From the NCBI GenBank assembly GCA_021463145.1, contig JAJTWZ010000003.1, forward strand, positions 35,319 to 99,318: a stretch of DNA of 64,000 nt, in the 5' to 3' direction. Shown here piece after piece: positions 46,197 through 56,181 of this stretch. A model generated the notes under the pieces. The model was not told where the DNA came from, did not search any database, and worked only from the letters and a program-made list of their open reading frames with translations. The stretch is from Blastocatellia bacterium. Its GTDB lineage: Bacteria > Acidobacteriota > Blastocatellia > UBA7656 > JADIYM01. Both the position numbers and the translations under genes were made by a program. Within the stretch, counting starts at the first letter, position 1; each line of letters begins with the position of its first letter.

Positions 46197-46382
46197 AGGC
46201 TGGCGGTCAGCTCAGAACCTGATTTCAAAAGCGACCGTGCCGCAGACAAGCGAACGGAAGGTTTTCGCGGTCTGCTCCTGAAAGGCGATTCGACCTGCCT
46301 TGGCTATCCGGGGAGAATCAAGCGACTACTTGAATTCGACTGGTACAATTCGGACTGTCTTTCGACAGGGGATGCGAAACAA

Positions 46383-48695
46383 ATGAATAGACTTGTGGCG
46401 GTTGCGATCGTTTTGTGTCTGGCGTTCTCGTTTTGCGCCAGGACGCGTGTGGCTCACGCGGACACGAGGGGGAAGACGATGATCTGGGACGTCAAGACGA
46501 CATCCCAGATTGGGCAGCGATCCGTCTACAACACCGACGCCGATGGCACTACGCTTGGCATGCCTTGCGCGTCCGGTGATCTCGATGGCGACGGTGACGA
46601 CGAGGCGATCCTTGCGCCATTCCTTGCTCCTTCTGGGTCGGACAATACAAGGACGCGTGCAGGTGAGTTACAGGTGCATTTCGGTGCATCCGGATCCATC
46701 GGCGGAACGGTCACCGATCAGACTGCGGCGGCCGGGATGCTGACGACGATCTATGGTGCCCGTCCAGGCGACTTCCTTGGTAACGAAGTCGAAGCCGGCG
46801 ACGTTACCGGAGACGGGCTCGAAGATATCCTGGTGGGCGCTCAGAACGCGGACGGCTTTGGCACGGTCGCGGATCGGCCTCTCGCGGGCAAGCTCTACGT
46901 CATCAACGGCCGAACAAGCTGGCCAGCCACCATCGACCTCGCGACCACGCCTATGACAGGGGTGACCGAGATTCTAGGCGCGGCGGCGAGCGAACGTTGC
47001 GGCTTCTGGCCCTCCTTCGGAGACGTCAACGGCGACGATATCAACGACATCATCGTTTCTGCGGACCTTGCCAAGAGTTCGAGCGGCGCCGGCGCCGCTC
47101 GCGGCAAGATCTATATCATTCCCGGGAGCGCATCGCTTCCGGCACAGATCGATCTCGCCAGTTCGACGCAGCTTGCAAACCTCGACATTACAATCATCTA
47201 CGGCATTGACGACTGCGATCATTTCGGTTCGTGTATCGCTTCCGGCGATTTCGACCGTGACGGCTTCGACGATATCGTCTGTTCAGCGGGACTGGCCAGG
47301 TCGGGAGCGTTCCCGACATCCAAGATCGACGAACCCGAAGGCGTTTTCTGTTCTCTCGGACTTGGCGGTGGATCAGGGCCGAACAACGACCGTAACGAGG
47401 CCGGCGAGGTATACATCATCTACGGCCGGGCGAACTGGCCGGCTACGATGGAACTCTCGAGCCCGACCTCCGATGTTGCGATCTATTACGGTCAGAACGC
47501 CGGCGATCATTTCGGGGAAGACGTGCGCGTCGGCGACTTCGACGGGGACGGGATCCTGGAACTGGCGGTGGGAGCGTTGACGGCGTCCGCGCCGTCAGGC
47601 TCGCCCGGAGTTCCGCCTCGCAACGATGCCGGGGTTGGATACATATTCTGGGGGTCGTTCATCACACGCGGAGAGAGAGTCGACACGAAGCTCATCGGAA
47701 CTTCCGACCTCAGGTTGACGAGAATCTATGGCGAAGCCGAGGGCGACATCGGGTCGGACACGATTGCGCTTGCCGATGTGAACGCCGATGGACGAGCCGA
47801 GATGATTTTCGCGAGTCCGACTTACGACCCTTCGGCCCGGCCGCAGGCCGGAGACGTCAAGGTGATTTTCGGAAAGCCTGATCGTCTGCCGACGGTAGTT
47901 GATTTCGCGAATCCGCCGGCCACGGTCGATGTCTACCAGATCATCGCGGCCGATCCTGGCGACATGTTCGCCTATTCTTTTACGGTTGGCGACTTCGACG
48001 CAGATGGATTCACGGATCTGATGCCGAACGGCATGGGCGGCGACGGTCTCGCAAACTGCTGCCGCGACGCCGGGGAGTTGTACATCCTTTCCGGAAAGGA
48101 GTTCAGCATTCGCGCCGGACGCGGTCCGGCCGGAACGCCGTGCCTGACGAAGGTGAACGCGTCGCCAGTGGCGTCGATCTATTACGCGGGGCAGCCCGGG
48201 ATTCAATTGACTCTGCTATGCGAAACTGACCAGGCCGACGGGCTCTACGTTGAGGGCGCGGTGGCGATACTCAACGGCGTCGAAGTGGCCGCCGAATTCG
48301 TTTCGAACAAGCAGCTTCGAGTGAATCTGGACGATGCCCCGTCGGTTCTGAATACACCCGGTCCGGTGACCGCGAGAGTCAAGAATCCCGGGTCCGACGC
48401 ATCTATCGGCGTCTCGGCAATCAACCTCGTGGGCCCGACGATCGATTCGGTCAAGCCCAAGAAAAAGAGCGGTAACCTGAGACTAACCTTGAAGGGTGCG
48501 AATTACCTGCCTGGCGCGACCGTTGAAGTGGCGAACTCGAACGGCGATCCGATCGCGACCATCTCCGTCGTCCGAAAGAGCGCAACTAAACTTCGAGCGA
48601 CGATCGCCGCACAGACTGCCGGGACTGTTCTACTCGTTCGCGCCGCCAATCCGGGACCGGCATATTCCGGCCCGTCAACCGTAGTCGCTCCTTAG
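46383..48695 (+). CDS. Secreted integrin-alpha-like FG-GAP repeat protein with C-terminal Ig/IPT-like domains
   Basis: Signal peptide (VAHA); seven GD.DGDG..D motifs each followed by AGE.Y.I.G; two beta-sandwich-like C-terminal domains. Confidence 0.9.
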   Translation: MNRLVAVAIVLCLAFSFCARTRVAHADTRGKTMIWDVKTTSQIGQRSVYNTDADGTTLGMPCASGDLDGDGDDEAILAPFLAPSGSDNTRTRAGELQVHFGASGSIGGTVTDQTAAAGMLTTIYGARPGDFLGNEVEAGDVTGDGLEDILVGAQNADGFGTVADRPLAGKLYVINGRTSWPATIDLATTPMTGVTEILGAAASERCGFWPSFGDVNGDDINDIIVSADLAKSSSGAGAARGKIYIIPGSASLPAQIDLASSTQLANLDITIIYGIDDCDHFGSCIASGDFDRDGFDDIVCSAGLARSGAFPTSKIDEPEGVFCSLGLGGGSGPNNDRNEAGEVYIIYGRANWPATMELSSPTSDVAIYYGQNAGDHFGEDVRVGDFDGDGILELAVGALTASAPSGSPGVPPRNDAGVGYIFWGSFITRGERVDTKLIGTSDLRLTRIYGEAEGDIGSDTIALADVNADGRAEMIFASPTYDPSARPQAGDVKVIFGKPDRLPTVVDFANPPATVDVYQIIAADPGDMFAYSFTVGDFDADGFTDLMPNGMGGDGLANCCRDAGELYILSGKEFSIRAGRGPAGTPCLTKVNASPVASIYYAGQPGIQLTLLCETDQADGLYVEGAVAILNGVEVAAEFVSNKQLRVNLDDAPSVLNTPGPVTARVKNPGSDASIGVSAINLVGPTIDSVKPKKKSGNLRLTLKGANYLPGATVEVANSNGDPIATISVVRKSATKLRATIAAQTAGTVLLVRAANPGPAYSGPSTVVAP

Positions 48696-48705
48696 TGGCC
48701 CTTTC

Positions 48706-50679
48706 ATGAAAAGAGCATCGTTCATCGCATTCGTCGTCTTCTGGTTTGGGCTGATGTTCGGGCCCTGGACGGTCGAATTTGCCGCTCCACAGCAGACAAT
48801 CACCGGCCGGGTCGTCGACACTGTCACCGGAGCTCCGATCGCAAACGCCGATGTTCGCATCCAGGCAAGTCTGACGGAGCAGGCAACTACTGCCGCGGAC
48901 GGCACTTTTACGCTTCGAACGTCACGGGCAAATGGGGAGCCCGTTACCATCGCGGCTGGTTCACTGGATCCCGAGTCTGCACACGCTGCTTTTTACAACT
49001 CGAAAGTATCGGTTCTCGTTGGCGATTCCGGGATCGAACTGACACTCACGGCCGCCGCGCTCTCGGACGATACGAGTTACGAGTTCACAAGTCCGCTCGA
49101 CTGCAGGCTTTGTCACGGAACTCTATTCGACTATTGGCAGGACTCGGCGCATCGAAACGCGGCCAGGAACACGTGGGTTCGCGACATGTACGACGGGCAG
49201 GGAACGCCCGGGACCGGTGGTAACGGATTCGTATACAAGGACCTGCACCCGGGCTTCAAGGGCGACTGCGCGGAGTGCCACGCCCCGATGGACTCGGCAA
49301 AGAACCCGGGTGACAACACGGATCTTGGGACAATCTCACCATTTGCCCGCGAGTTCGGAGTCTCGTGCGATGTCTGTCACAAGACCTACGACGTGACGAA
49401 CGTCAAACTGCCCGGTGTACAGGGGATGGTGATGGCTCGATCTTCGCGCGAGACCGTTTTCGGTCCGCTGCCGGACTCGGCTCCGAATTTTCCGGGGGTG
49501 ATGCGTGCTTCCTACAGCAAGATTCACACGACCGGACTCCTTTGCGCCTCCTGCCACGAAGATAACAACGACCACGACTTCGACCTCGATTACCTGGACG
49601 AGGGAAGCGTGGTCAGCGAGGAAACGTGGTCGGAATGGCTTGCCAGTCCGTTCGCTGTCCCCGGTCCTGGAATGAAAACCTGTATGGACTGCCATATGGC
49701 GCCCAAAGGCGACCGCGCCATGTGCGAGCAGTACCAGCCGGTTGCCCGCAATCCGTCGCAGGTGTATTCCCACGACTTCGAAGGCACGACGGATGAATTC
49801 GTCCAGAATGCCGCCACTTTACATGCAGTTGCTCGACGTGAAGGTTCAACGCTGCGTGTTTCGGTAGCGGTGACAAATGACCGCACTGGGCACGACCTGC
49901 CTGGAGGCCAGGCGATTCGCCACGCGCTATTGCTGGTGACGGCAACCTCCGCCGATGGCGCGTCTTTGACTTTCGAGGCCGCCGGCGGCGATACGATCCC
50001 CGATATCGGTGGCACAGGGGACCCGGCGCAGGGCTATTACGCGGGCTTGCCCGGAAAAGCGTTCGCGAAGATCTTTGGAAACGACGGTGAAACGGGGGTG
50101 TTCTTCACCGAGGCCACTCGAATCGTTTCCGACAACCGGATTCCGGCAGGCGCTACGGACTGGAGCGATTATGCGTTTTCAATGCCCGAAGCGTTCGATC
50201 CCGTTTCAATCTCGGCGAAGTTGATCTACCGTCGCGCGCCGCGTGAGCTTGTCGACATCAAGGGATGGACGATGACGGGTCACGGGCGACCGAATCCGGA
50301 CCTGATCGGCCCGAACTTCGGAGTGTTGATGGCGGCCGACGTCAGGGAAGTTCCGTTGCCTGGCGCCGATGTCAATCGCGACAAGATCGTCAACAAAGAG
50401 GGGCTCCGCCTGCGAGTGGTTTCCGGAGCGACCCGGCAGTTCACACCGGGGGTACTGGTGGCAATCACCGACGACACCGGTGCCTGGGTGACGTTCGACT
50501 CTCCCGCCAAGGTCTCGTCATCCGGTGCAAAGCTCACGCAGAAAGGGAGGATCGGCGGGCTAAAACTCAGCCAATTCTGGCCTTCTGGTGTTACGAGGTT
50601 CCTTCGAGTGACGAATTCCGACGGAACGGAGACGGTTCTTCGCCTGCAGCGCTCAGGGTCCAAGTACCTTCCGCTCTGA
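48706..50679 (+). CDS. Secreted pentaheme c-type cytochrome with N-terminal carboxypeptidase-regulatory-like domain
   Basis: Five CxxCH motifs (CRLCH, CAECH, CDVCH, CASCH, CMDCH); ITGRVVDTVTGAPIANADV; TGHDLPGG. Confidence 0.9.
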   Translation: MKRASFIAFVVFWFGLMFGPWTVEFAAPQQTITGRVVDTVTGAPIANADVRIQASLTEQATTAADGTFTLRTSRANGEPVTIAAGSLDPESAHAAFYNSKVSVLVGDSGIELTLTAAALSDDTSYEFTSPLDCRLCHGTLFDYWQDSAHRNAARNTWVRDMYDGQGTPGTGGNGFVYKDLHPGFKGDCAECHAPMDSAKNPGDNTDLGTISPFAREFGVSCDVCHKTYDVTNVKLPGVQGMVMARSSRETVFGPLPDSAPNFPGVMRASYSKIHTTGLLCASCHEDNNDHDFDLDYLDEGSVVSEETWSEWLASPFAVPGPGMKTCMDCHMAPKGDRAMCEQYQPVARNPSQVYSHDFEGTTDEFVQNAATLHAVARREGSTLRVSVAVTNDRTGHDLPGGQAIRHALLLVTATSADGASLTFEAAGGDTIPDIGGTGDPAQGYYAGLPGKAFAKIFGNDGETGVFFTEATRIVSDNRIPAGATDWSDYAFSMPEAFDPVSISAKLIYRRAPRELVDIKGWTMTGHGRPNPDLIGPNFGVLMAADVREVPLPGADVNRDKIVNKEGLRLRVVSGATRQFTPGVLVAITDDTGAWVTFDSPAKVSSSGAKLTQKGRIGGLKLSQFWPSGVTRFLRVTNSDGTETVLRLQRSGSKYLPL

Positions 50680-50938
50680 CAGCGGACATCGTCTCGTTGC
50701 CTCGCTTTGACAGTACGGACTTGATAGTCAAATGTGTGTTTGTTGATTCTACGGGACACCCGGTAGAGTCTGATTGGAGCGGGTCGGACCGATAGCAAAT
50801 TGTACCGTGTCGCAGTTTCTGACAATGCCGGGAGCACGCCGGAGAGCGACCCGAACCGCCAGCCCAATTTGCGGAACAAGATCCGCGCGCCTCAATCCAG
50901 GAACTCTTTTGCGAACGCTGGGAAGCAACTCGATTCGG

Positions 50939-51487
50939 TCACTTGCCGGCTTTCTTTCGCGCCTGTTCGAGTTGGTACTTGCGAGCTGACTTCTGCCACT
51001 TCTCGAGATACGGCACGAGTGGACGGAAGAGCTTCGCGCGCCATCCGGACTGCCTGTCGCGCCAGACCTTGAAGTAGCGCTCTACGTACTCCCGAACCGC
51101 ACGTTCGATTTCCGGTCCCTTCTTCTTCTTGCTCGAGACCGTGACGAGGTAGTGCTGCGCGATCAGCGACATCACCGACTGTGCAATCATCGCCTTCAGT
51201 TGCGCCTTTGCCGCGAGTTTCTTGAACCAGTTCAGGTCGGGCGGCTGCAGCACCAGCAAGGCGATGTCGCCGAATGCCGAGGCCGCTCCGGGCTGTTTCG
51301 GCCGGTATAGAGCCGGCAGACCCTTGAGCAGGTCCTGGGGGAGCCTCGAATCCTCGATCCGATCAACGAACCGGATCTTGCTGAAACCCCGGAGGTGCTC
51401 GACCGGCAGGCATTCGATAGCCGCCTGAACCTGTTTCTCGAGATCCTTGACCTCGATCGATGCCTGATGCTCAATCCTGATCGCCAT
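50939..51487 (-). CDS. Hypothetical basic protein
   Basis: Coding-like composition, LPVEHLRGFSKIRFVD; TTGACG-N18-TACCCT promoter 10 nt upstream. Confidence 0.8.
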   Translation of the reverse strand: MAIRIEHQASIEVKDLEKQVQAAIECLPVEHLRGFSKIRFVDRIEDSRLPQDLLKGLPALYRPKQPGAASAFGDIALLVLQPPDLNWFKKLAAKAQLKAMIAQSVMSLIAQHYLVTVSSKKKKGPEIERAVREYVERYFKVWRDRQSGWRAKLFRPLVPYLEKWQKSARKYQLEQARKKAGK

Positions 51488-51582
51488 AAGGGGGCGAAGG
51501 GTACAGGCTAGCGGCGGAGTGCGTCAAACATCGACCTTGGCAGAACCCCCGGACTTTGCGCATCGTGGTAGGATTCGCGCCA

Positions 51583-54063
51583 ATGATGAAACACGTCAAG
51601 CTGTTACTTCTCGGCCTGTTTGCGTTTGTGGCGTTACTTTCCGTCTCTTTCTCGCAACGAGTAGAAGCGCTTTCGACCGGCCCGTTCCTGGAACGCACCG
51701 CTGCACCCGAGGAGCAGAATTGCACGGCCTGTCACCGTACATATCAACTGGATTCCGGACCCGGCCGGGTTTCGATCGAAGGACTTCCCAGTCAGTACGC
51801 ACCCGGTCAGACTTACCCGGTTACTGTCCGATTGTCTGATCCGGCCGCAAACATCTGGGGCTTCCAGATCACGTCGATCACCGATCAGGGAACTGCGGCT
51901 GGATTCTTCCAATCCAACACCGTCGCAATTGCTGCACTTGGTCCGTCGCAGAGACTCGGGCGTTTCTACGCGCAGCACACGGCAAACGGAACATACGGAG
52001 GCTCGCGTGGAGAGGTGGCCTGGTCCTTCTTCTGGAAGGCACCTTCTACCGATCTAGGTCCTGTCTCCTTCTATGCTGCCGGGAACGCCGGAAACGGGGA
52101 TCACACGGACTTCTACGATTACATTTATACAACTAACGTAACTATTGATGGATTAAGGCGATTGGTACGCATCAAGCTCGAGTCTCCGGCTGCCACGACC
52201 GGGCTGGGGTCAGGCGAGCACGTCGTGGTGCGCTGGAGTGCCACCGACGGCGACACAGCGGTTCCGGACCATTTCAGAGTTCTGCTCTCGACCGACGGCG
52301 GCGAGAACTACCCGACGGTTCTGGCCGACAACCTACCCTCGACCGCTCGCTCATTTGTCTGGACGATTCCTGAGGCACTGGTCACCCCCTATGCCCGCAT
52401 TCGAGTCGTGGTCGTCGACTCGGAAGGCAACGAGCGAACGGATCAGTCCCGAACCGACATTTCGATAGGACCGCTCGGCTTGACCGCGGCTACCGGCGTC
52501 GCCGATGCGCCGCTTGGAGGCGATTTCACTCGTCAAGCGTGGGCCGACGTCAATGGTGACGGACGCCAGGATGTCGTCGTTGGACGCAATGCGGGAGGTG
52601 TACTCCTGTATGTCCAGAACGCCGACGGCTCCTTTGCGGAAGCTACTGATGAGGCTGGGCTTACGATGCCGGGAGATATTCGCGCGCTCGCCTGGGGCGA
52701 CGCGGACGGCGATGGCCATCCTGACCTTGCAGTACTGGGCGTGAACGCAACCAGCCTTTGGCGCAACAATGGCGACGGAACCTTCGACAGTGTCGGCGCG
52801 CCGACATCGTTTCCGAGACAAGCTGATCCGCGTGCGGTCGTCTGGACCGACGTGGACCGGGATGGAAGACTCGACGTCGTTGCGGGCGGGCAGTCGGGCC
52901 TGTTTGCGCTTCACAACACCGAAGGCGGGTTCGAGGATGCGACATCGGCCTGGAACGCGCCTGCCGGCCCGGTGACCGGCATCGCTGCGGGGCCGAAGCT
53001 TCTGTTGGCTTCAGGTTCGAGCTTGAAGGTGATCGGTTTCGATGGCGGGCGTTTCCTGGACGAGACCGGCGCACTGGGAGATCCGGTCGCCTTTGGAGCA
53101 AGCGCCGTTGCGTGGGCCGATCTGACGGGCGACGGCTGGCTCGACATCGTGGCATCCGGCGCGTCCGGGAATGCCGTCTTCGCGGGAGTCGAAGGTGAGC
53201 TTCGCTACCGGAATGCGACGGCCGAGCTCTCGCTGGCTTCTCTTGCGGGTGGGAGCCGGGTGTTGCCGGCGGATTTTGACACCGATGGCGACGTGGATTT
53301 ACTAGTCTTCGACGTTGCCGGTGCGCCGCACGTCCTGCGAAACCGGGGTGTCTCCGGCTTCGACGATGTCTCCGGCCGATTCAGCTTCACGGGAGAAGTG
53401 ACCTCGGCCGCCTGGGTCGATCACGACGGTGGCGGGGCGGTCGAACTGAGCCTGACGACTTCCGATGGGCTTGGTGTTATGGCCAATCCCAGGTCGGGAG
53501 CCGGATCGATTCGAGTCCGTCCGCTTACGGACCTCGATGCCGATGCACACGCCGCTGACGCCGAACCCGACCGCGACGCAATTGGGGCGGTCGTGCGAGT
53601 CGACCTCGATGGCGACGGCGACTGGATCACGGGGCCGAAGATCGCAATTGTAGTGGAGCAGTCGGCATCGCCCGTTGTCGTGATCGGTGCAACTCTCGAG
53701 AGCGCAACGGTACGTGTCGATTTCGCGGACGGCGAAGGCCGTGAGGTGACGATCGAATCCGGTGCGCTGCCGGTTGAAGTTCTGGATCCAGACGCTCCAA
53801 GGGTCGTTTCCGCCAGGCCTTCGTCGACAGGGAAGAAGCTCACGGTCGACGGAATGGGGCTTCCGGCGACGGGGGGGCGCATTCTTGTTGGCTCGACAGC
53901 CTTGGCGAGCGTGAAAGCGCCCGCGCGCTTCGTCGGGTCCGACGGGACCAGCACTCGCCTGGTGGGTAAGGATTCGCGGCTCTCGCTCCTTATTCAGACG
54001 AAGCCGGTTGCCGTTCGCATTGAGCTCGCCGGCGTATTTTCGGCGCCGGTCGTGTTGCGGTAA
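51583..54063 (+). CDS. Secreted protein: Reeler/choice-of-anchor V-like domain (CxxCH), Ig-like domain, FG-GAP (CRTAC1-like) repeats
   Basis: Signal peptide; TAAPEEQNCTACH, WSFFWKAP..GPVSFYAAGNAGNGD; LSTDGGENY; repeated [AW].D.DGDG..D. Confidence 0.88.
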   Translation: MMKHVKLLLLGLFAFVALLSVSFSQRVEALSTGPFLERTAAPEEQNCTACHRTYQLDSGPGRVSIEGLPSQYAPGQTYPVTVRLSDPAANIWGFQITSITDQGTAAGFFQSNTVAIAALGPSQRLGRFYAQHTANGTYGGSRGEVAWSFFWKAPSTDLGPVSFYAAGNAGNGDHTDFYDYIYTTNVTIDGLRRLVRIKLESPAATTGLGSGEHVVVRWSATDGDTAVPDHFRVLLSTDGGENYPTVLADNLPSTARSFVWTIPEALVTPYARIRVVVVDSEGNERTDQSRTDISIGPLGLTAATGVADAPLGGDFTRQAWADVNGDGRQDVVVGRNAGGVLLYVQNADGSFAEATDEAGLTMPGDIRALAWGDADGDGHPDLAVLGVNATSLWRNNGDGTFDSVGAPTSFPRQADPRAVVWTDVDRDGRLDVVAGGQSGLFALHNTEGGFEDATSAWNAPAGPVTGIAAGPKLLLASGSSLKVIGFDGGRFLDETGALGDPVAFGASAVAWADLTGDGWLDIVASGASGNAVFAGVEGELRYRNATAELSLASLAGGSRVLPADFDTDGDVDLLVFDVAGAPHVLRNRGVSGFDDVSGRFSFTGEVTSAAWVDHDGGGAVELSLTTSDGLGVMANPRSGAGSIRVRPLTDLDADAHAADAEPDRDAIGAVVRVDLDGDGDWITGPKIAIVVEQSASPVVVIGATLESATVRVDFADGEGREVTIESGALPVEVLDPDAPRVVSARPSSTGKKLTVDGMGLPATGGRILVGSTALASVKAPARFVGSDGTSTRLVGKDSRLSLLIQTKPVAVRIELAGVFSAPVVLR

Positions 54064-54123
54064 AGCCGATCCTCGAGGTCCAACTGACGGGAAAGCGACG
54101 ACCTCAGGTTTCACCGCCGCCTG

Positions 54124-55164
54124 TCAGGGTTCGTCGATCGCGGACTTCTCGAGTGACATTGCTCTCTCGAGACGGCGGACTGATTTCTGCAATTCGGGAA
54201 GTCTGTTGAAGACCGCCGAGGACTTGAGCCACGACCGATTGTCGATTGCCGGATAGCCAGAGACGAGTTTCCCGGCACTCACCGAGCTCGGAATTCCGGT
54301 TTGTGCGGTCGCAACGACGCCGTCGCCGATCTCACAGTGCCCGGCAACACCCACCTGGCCGGCAAGCGTGACGCCTCGCCCGACGGTTGTAGAGCCGGCT
54401 AGTCCAACCTGTGCGCAGAGAATCGTGTTCTCTCCGACGACGACGTTGTGCCCGATCTGCACGAGGTTGTCGATCTTGGCGCCAGTGCGTATGCGAGTCT
54501 CGCCAAAAGTAGCCCGATCGATGGTCGAACCTGCGCCGATTTCCACGTCGTCTTCGATTACTACGACCCCGAGCTGTTCGATCTTCTCGTAGTGACCGTC
54601 GGCGTCGCGCGCGAAGCCGAAGCCGTCGCTTCCAACCACCACGCCGGGCTGAAGCACGCATCGGTCTCCGATCTTCGTTCCTTCCCGGACGATGCACCCA
54701 GCCTGAATCACGGTGTCGCGGCCGACCTCCACACAGTCGTAGAGAACTGTCCGCGCGTGGATCTCCGAGCCATCGCCGACCGTAACGTGATCGCCGACGA
54801 CCACGAAGGCTCCCACGTGCGCCTCGTTCGACACGATCGCCGACGGCGCCACCACGGCCGTTTCGTGAATTCCAGTTGGCAGCCGACGGCGCGGATGGAA
54901 CACGCGCGTCGCGCGCGCGAAGTCGGCTCCAGGGCTTTTACTTATGAGGCAGGGAATCGGCGACTCTCCTGCGTGCTCAGGACGGCAGATCGCGGCAGAA
55001 GCCTGTGTTGTCGCAAGTGCCTGCACGTGCTTGGCTTCGGCGGTGTAGGTCAATTGTCCAGTTCGCGCGTCCGCGAGTCCGCCAACACCGGTGATCTCGA
55101 TTTCCGATGCGACGACACCGCCAACCTCGAGGCCCAACACCCTGGCCAGCTCAGTCAATTTCAT
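54124..55164 (-). CDS. lpxD: UDP-3-O-(3-hydroxymyristoyl)glucosamine N-acyltransferase
   Basis: [57 protein letters not shown]. Confidence 0.97.
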   Translation of the reverse strand: MKLTELARVLGLEVGGVVASEIEITGVGGLADARTGQLTYTAEAKHVQALATTQASAAICRPEHAGESPIPCLISKSPGADFARATRVFHPRRRLPTGIHETAVVAPSAIVSNEAHVGAFVVVGDHVTVGDGSEIHARTVLYDCVEVGRDTVIQAGCIVREGTKIGDRCVLQPGVVVGSDGFGFARDADGHYEKIEQLGVVVIEDDVEIGAGSTIDRATFGETRIRTGAKIDNLVQIGHNVVVGENTILCAQVGLAGSTTVGRGVTLAGQVGVAGHCEIGDGVVATAQTGIPSSVSAGKLVSGYPAIDNRSWLKSSAVFNRLPELQKSVRRLERAMSLEKSAIDEP

Positions 55165-55293
55165 TCTTGACGTCTCCCCGAAACGAACATATCGTCTGAT
55201 AACGCAATGGGTTGGCGCCGGATCAGAGGTCCGGCGCGAGTCGCCGCAAGACTACAGCCGTTTCCAGGACCTTACAAGGAGCCCCAAGAGCCG

Positions 55294-56175
55294 ATGCCGC
55301 GCGACCTCTGCAAGGACTTCCTTCGTTATCTTCGGGTTGAGAAGGGACTTTCTCCAAATACAATGGAGGCTTATGAGCGTGATCTTCTAAAGCTCATGAG
55401 CTTTGCAGCTTCCTGCGGGCGGGAAATTCTCACTATTGAGCGGGCCGACCTGCTTAACTTCATCCGATCTCTCAGGGAAAGCGGCCTCGAGCCGCAATCC
55501 TGTGCGCGCACAATGGTTACCGTTCGTAACCTCTACAAGTTTCTCATCCTGGACGGTCACATTCACCACGATCCGACGGTGAATATCGAGACACCCCGAA
55601 GCTGGCAGACACTGCCGAAGTTCCTGACTCGGGAGGAGGTCGACCGTTTGCTCGAGGAGCCGGATGTAACAACGGACGTGGGACTTCGTGACCGAGCGAT
55701 GACCGAGCTGTTGTATTCATCAGGGCTCCGAGTCTCCGAGATGGTGTCCCTGAAGCTTTCCGACGTCGATATCGACGCCGGACTCGTCACGTGTCTTGGA
55801 AAGGGATCGAAGGAACGCCGGGTGCCGGTAGGCAGTGCGGCAATCGAGGCAATCCGTCGATACCTCCCGGCCAGGCGTCGAACCGTTGGCGATCGCAACG
55901 TCGAGCAACTCTTCGTGACGTCTCGGGGCACTCCGGTGACACGGCAGATCTATTGGAAGCGTCTCGTCGAATATGGCGAACGCGCCAAGCTTGGCCGTGT
56001 CACTCCACACATGTTGCGCCACACGTTTGCCACGCACCTGCTGGAGCACGGTGCCGATCTACGGTCGGTTCAGATGATGCTCGGTCACAGCGACATTTCG
56101 ACGACGCAGATCTATACGCACGTAACGAACGAACGGCTGCGCGAGGCGTACCGCAAGTTCCATCCGCGAGCCTGA
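55294..56175 (+). CDS. xerD: Site-specific tyrosine recombinase XerD
   Basis: LRVEKGLSPNT.EAY..DL, LYSSGLRVSE, GKGSKERRVP, TPHMLRHTFATHLLEHGADLRSVQMMLGHSDISTTQIYTHV, C-terminal HPRA. Confidence 0.93.
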   Translation: MPRDLCKDFLRYLRVEKGLSPNTMEAYERDLLKLMSFAASCGREILTIERADLLNFIRSLRESGLEPQSCARTMVTVRNLYKFLILDGHIHHDPTVNIETPRSWQTLPKFLTREEVDRLLEEPDVTTDVGLRDRAMTELLYSSGLRVSEMVSLKLSDVDIDAGLVTCLGKGSKERRVPVGSAAIEAIRRYLPARRRTVGDRNVEQLFVTSRGTPVTRQIYWKRLVEYGERAKLGRVTPHMLRHTFATHLLEHGADLRSVQMMLGHSDISTTQIYTHVTNERLREAYRKFHPRA

Positions 56176-56181
56176 CATCAA

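Noticed and set aside
50804..50824. TGTCGCAGTTTCTGACA palindrome between convergent genes
   Set aside because: Looks like an activator site, but no correctly spaced -24/-12 box or downstream gene was found.
55294..56175. Tyrosine recombinase as possible integrase of a mobile element
   Set aside because: Canonical XerD motifs; no att repeats, tRNA or cargo genes.
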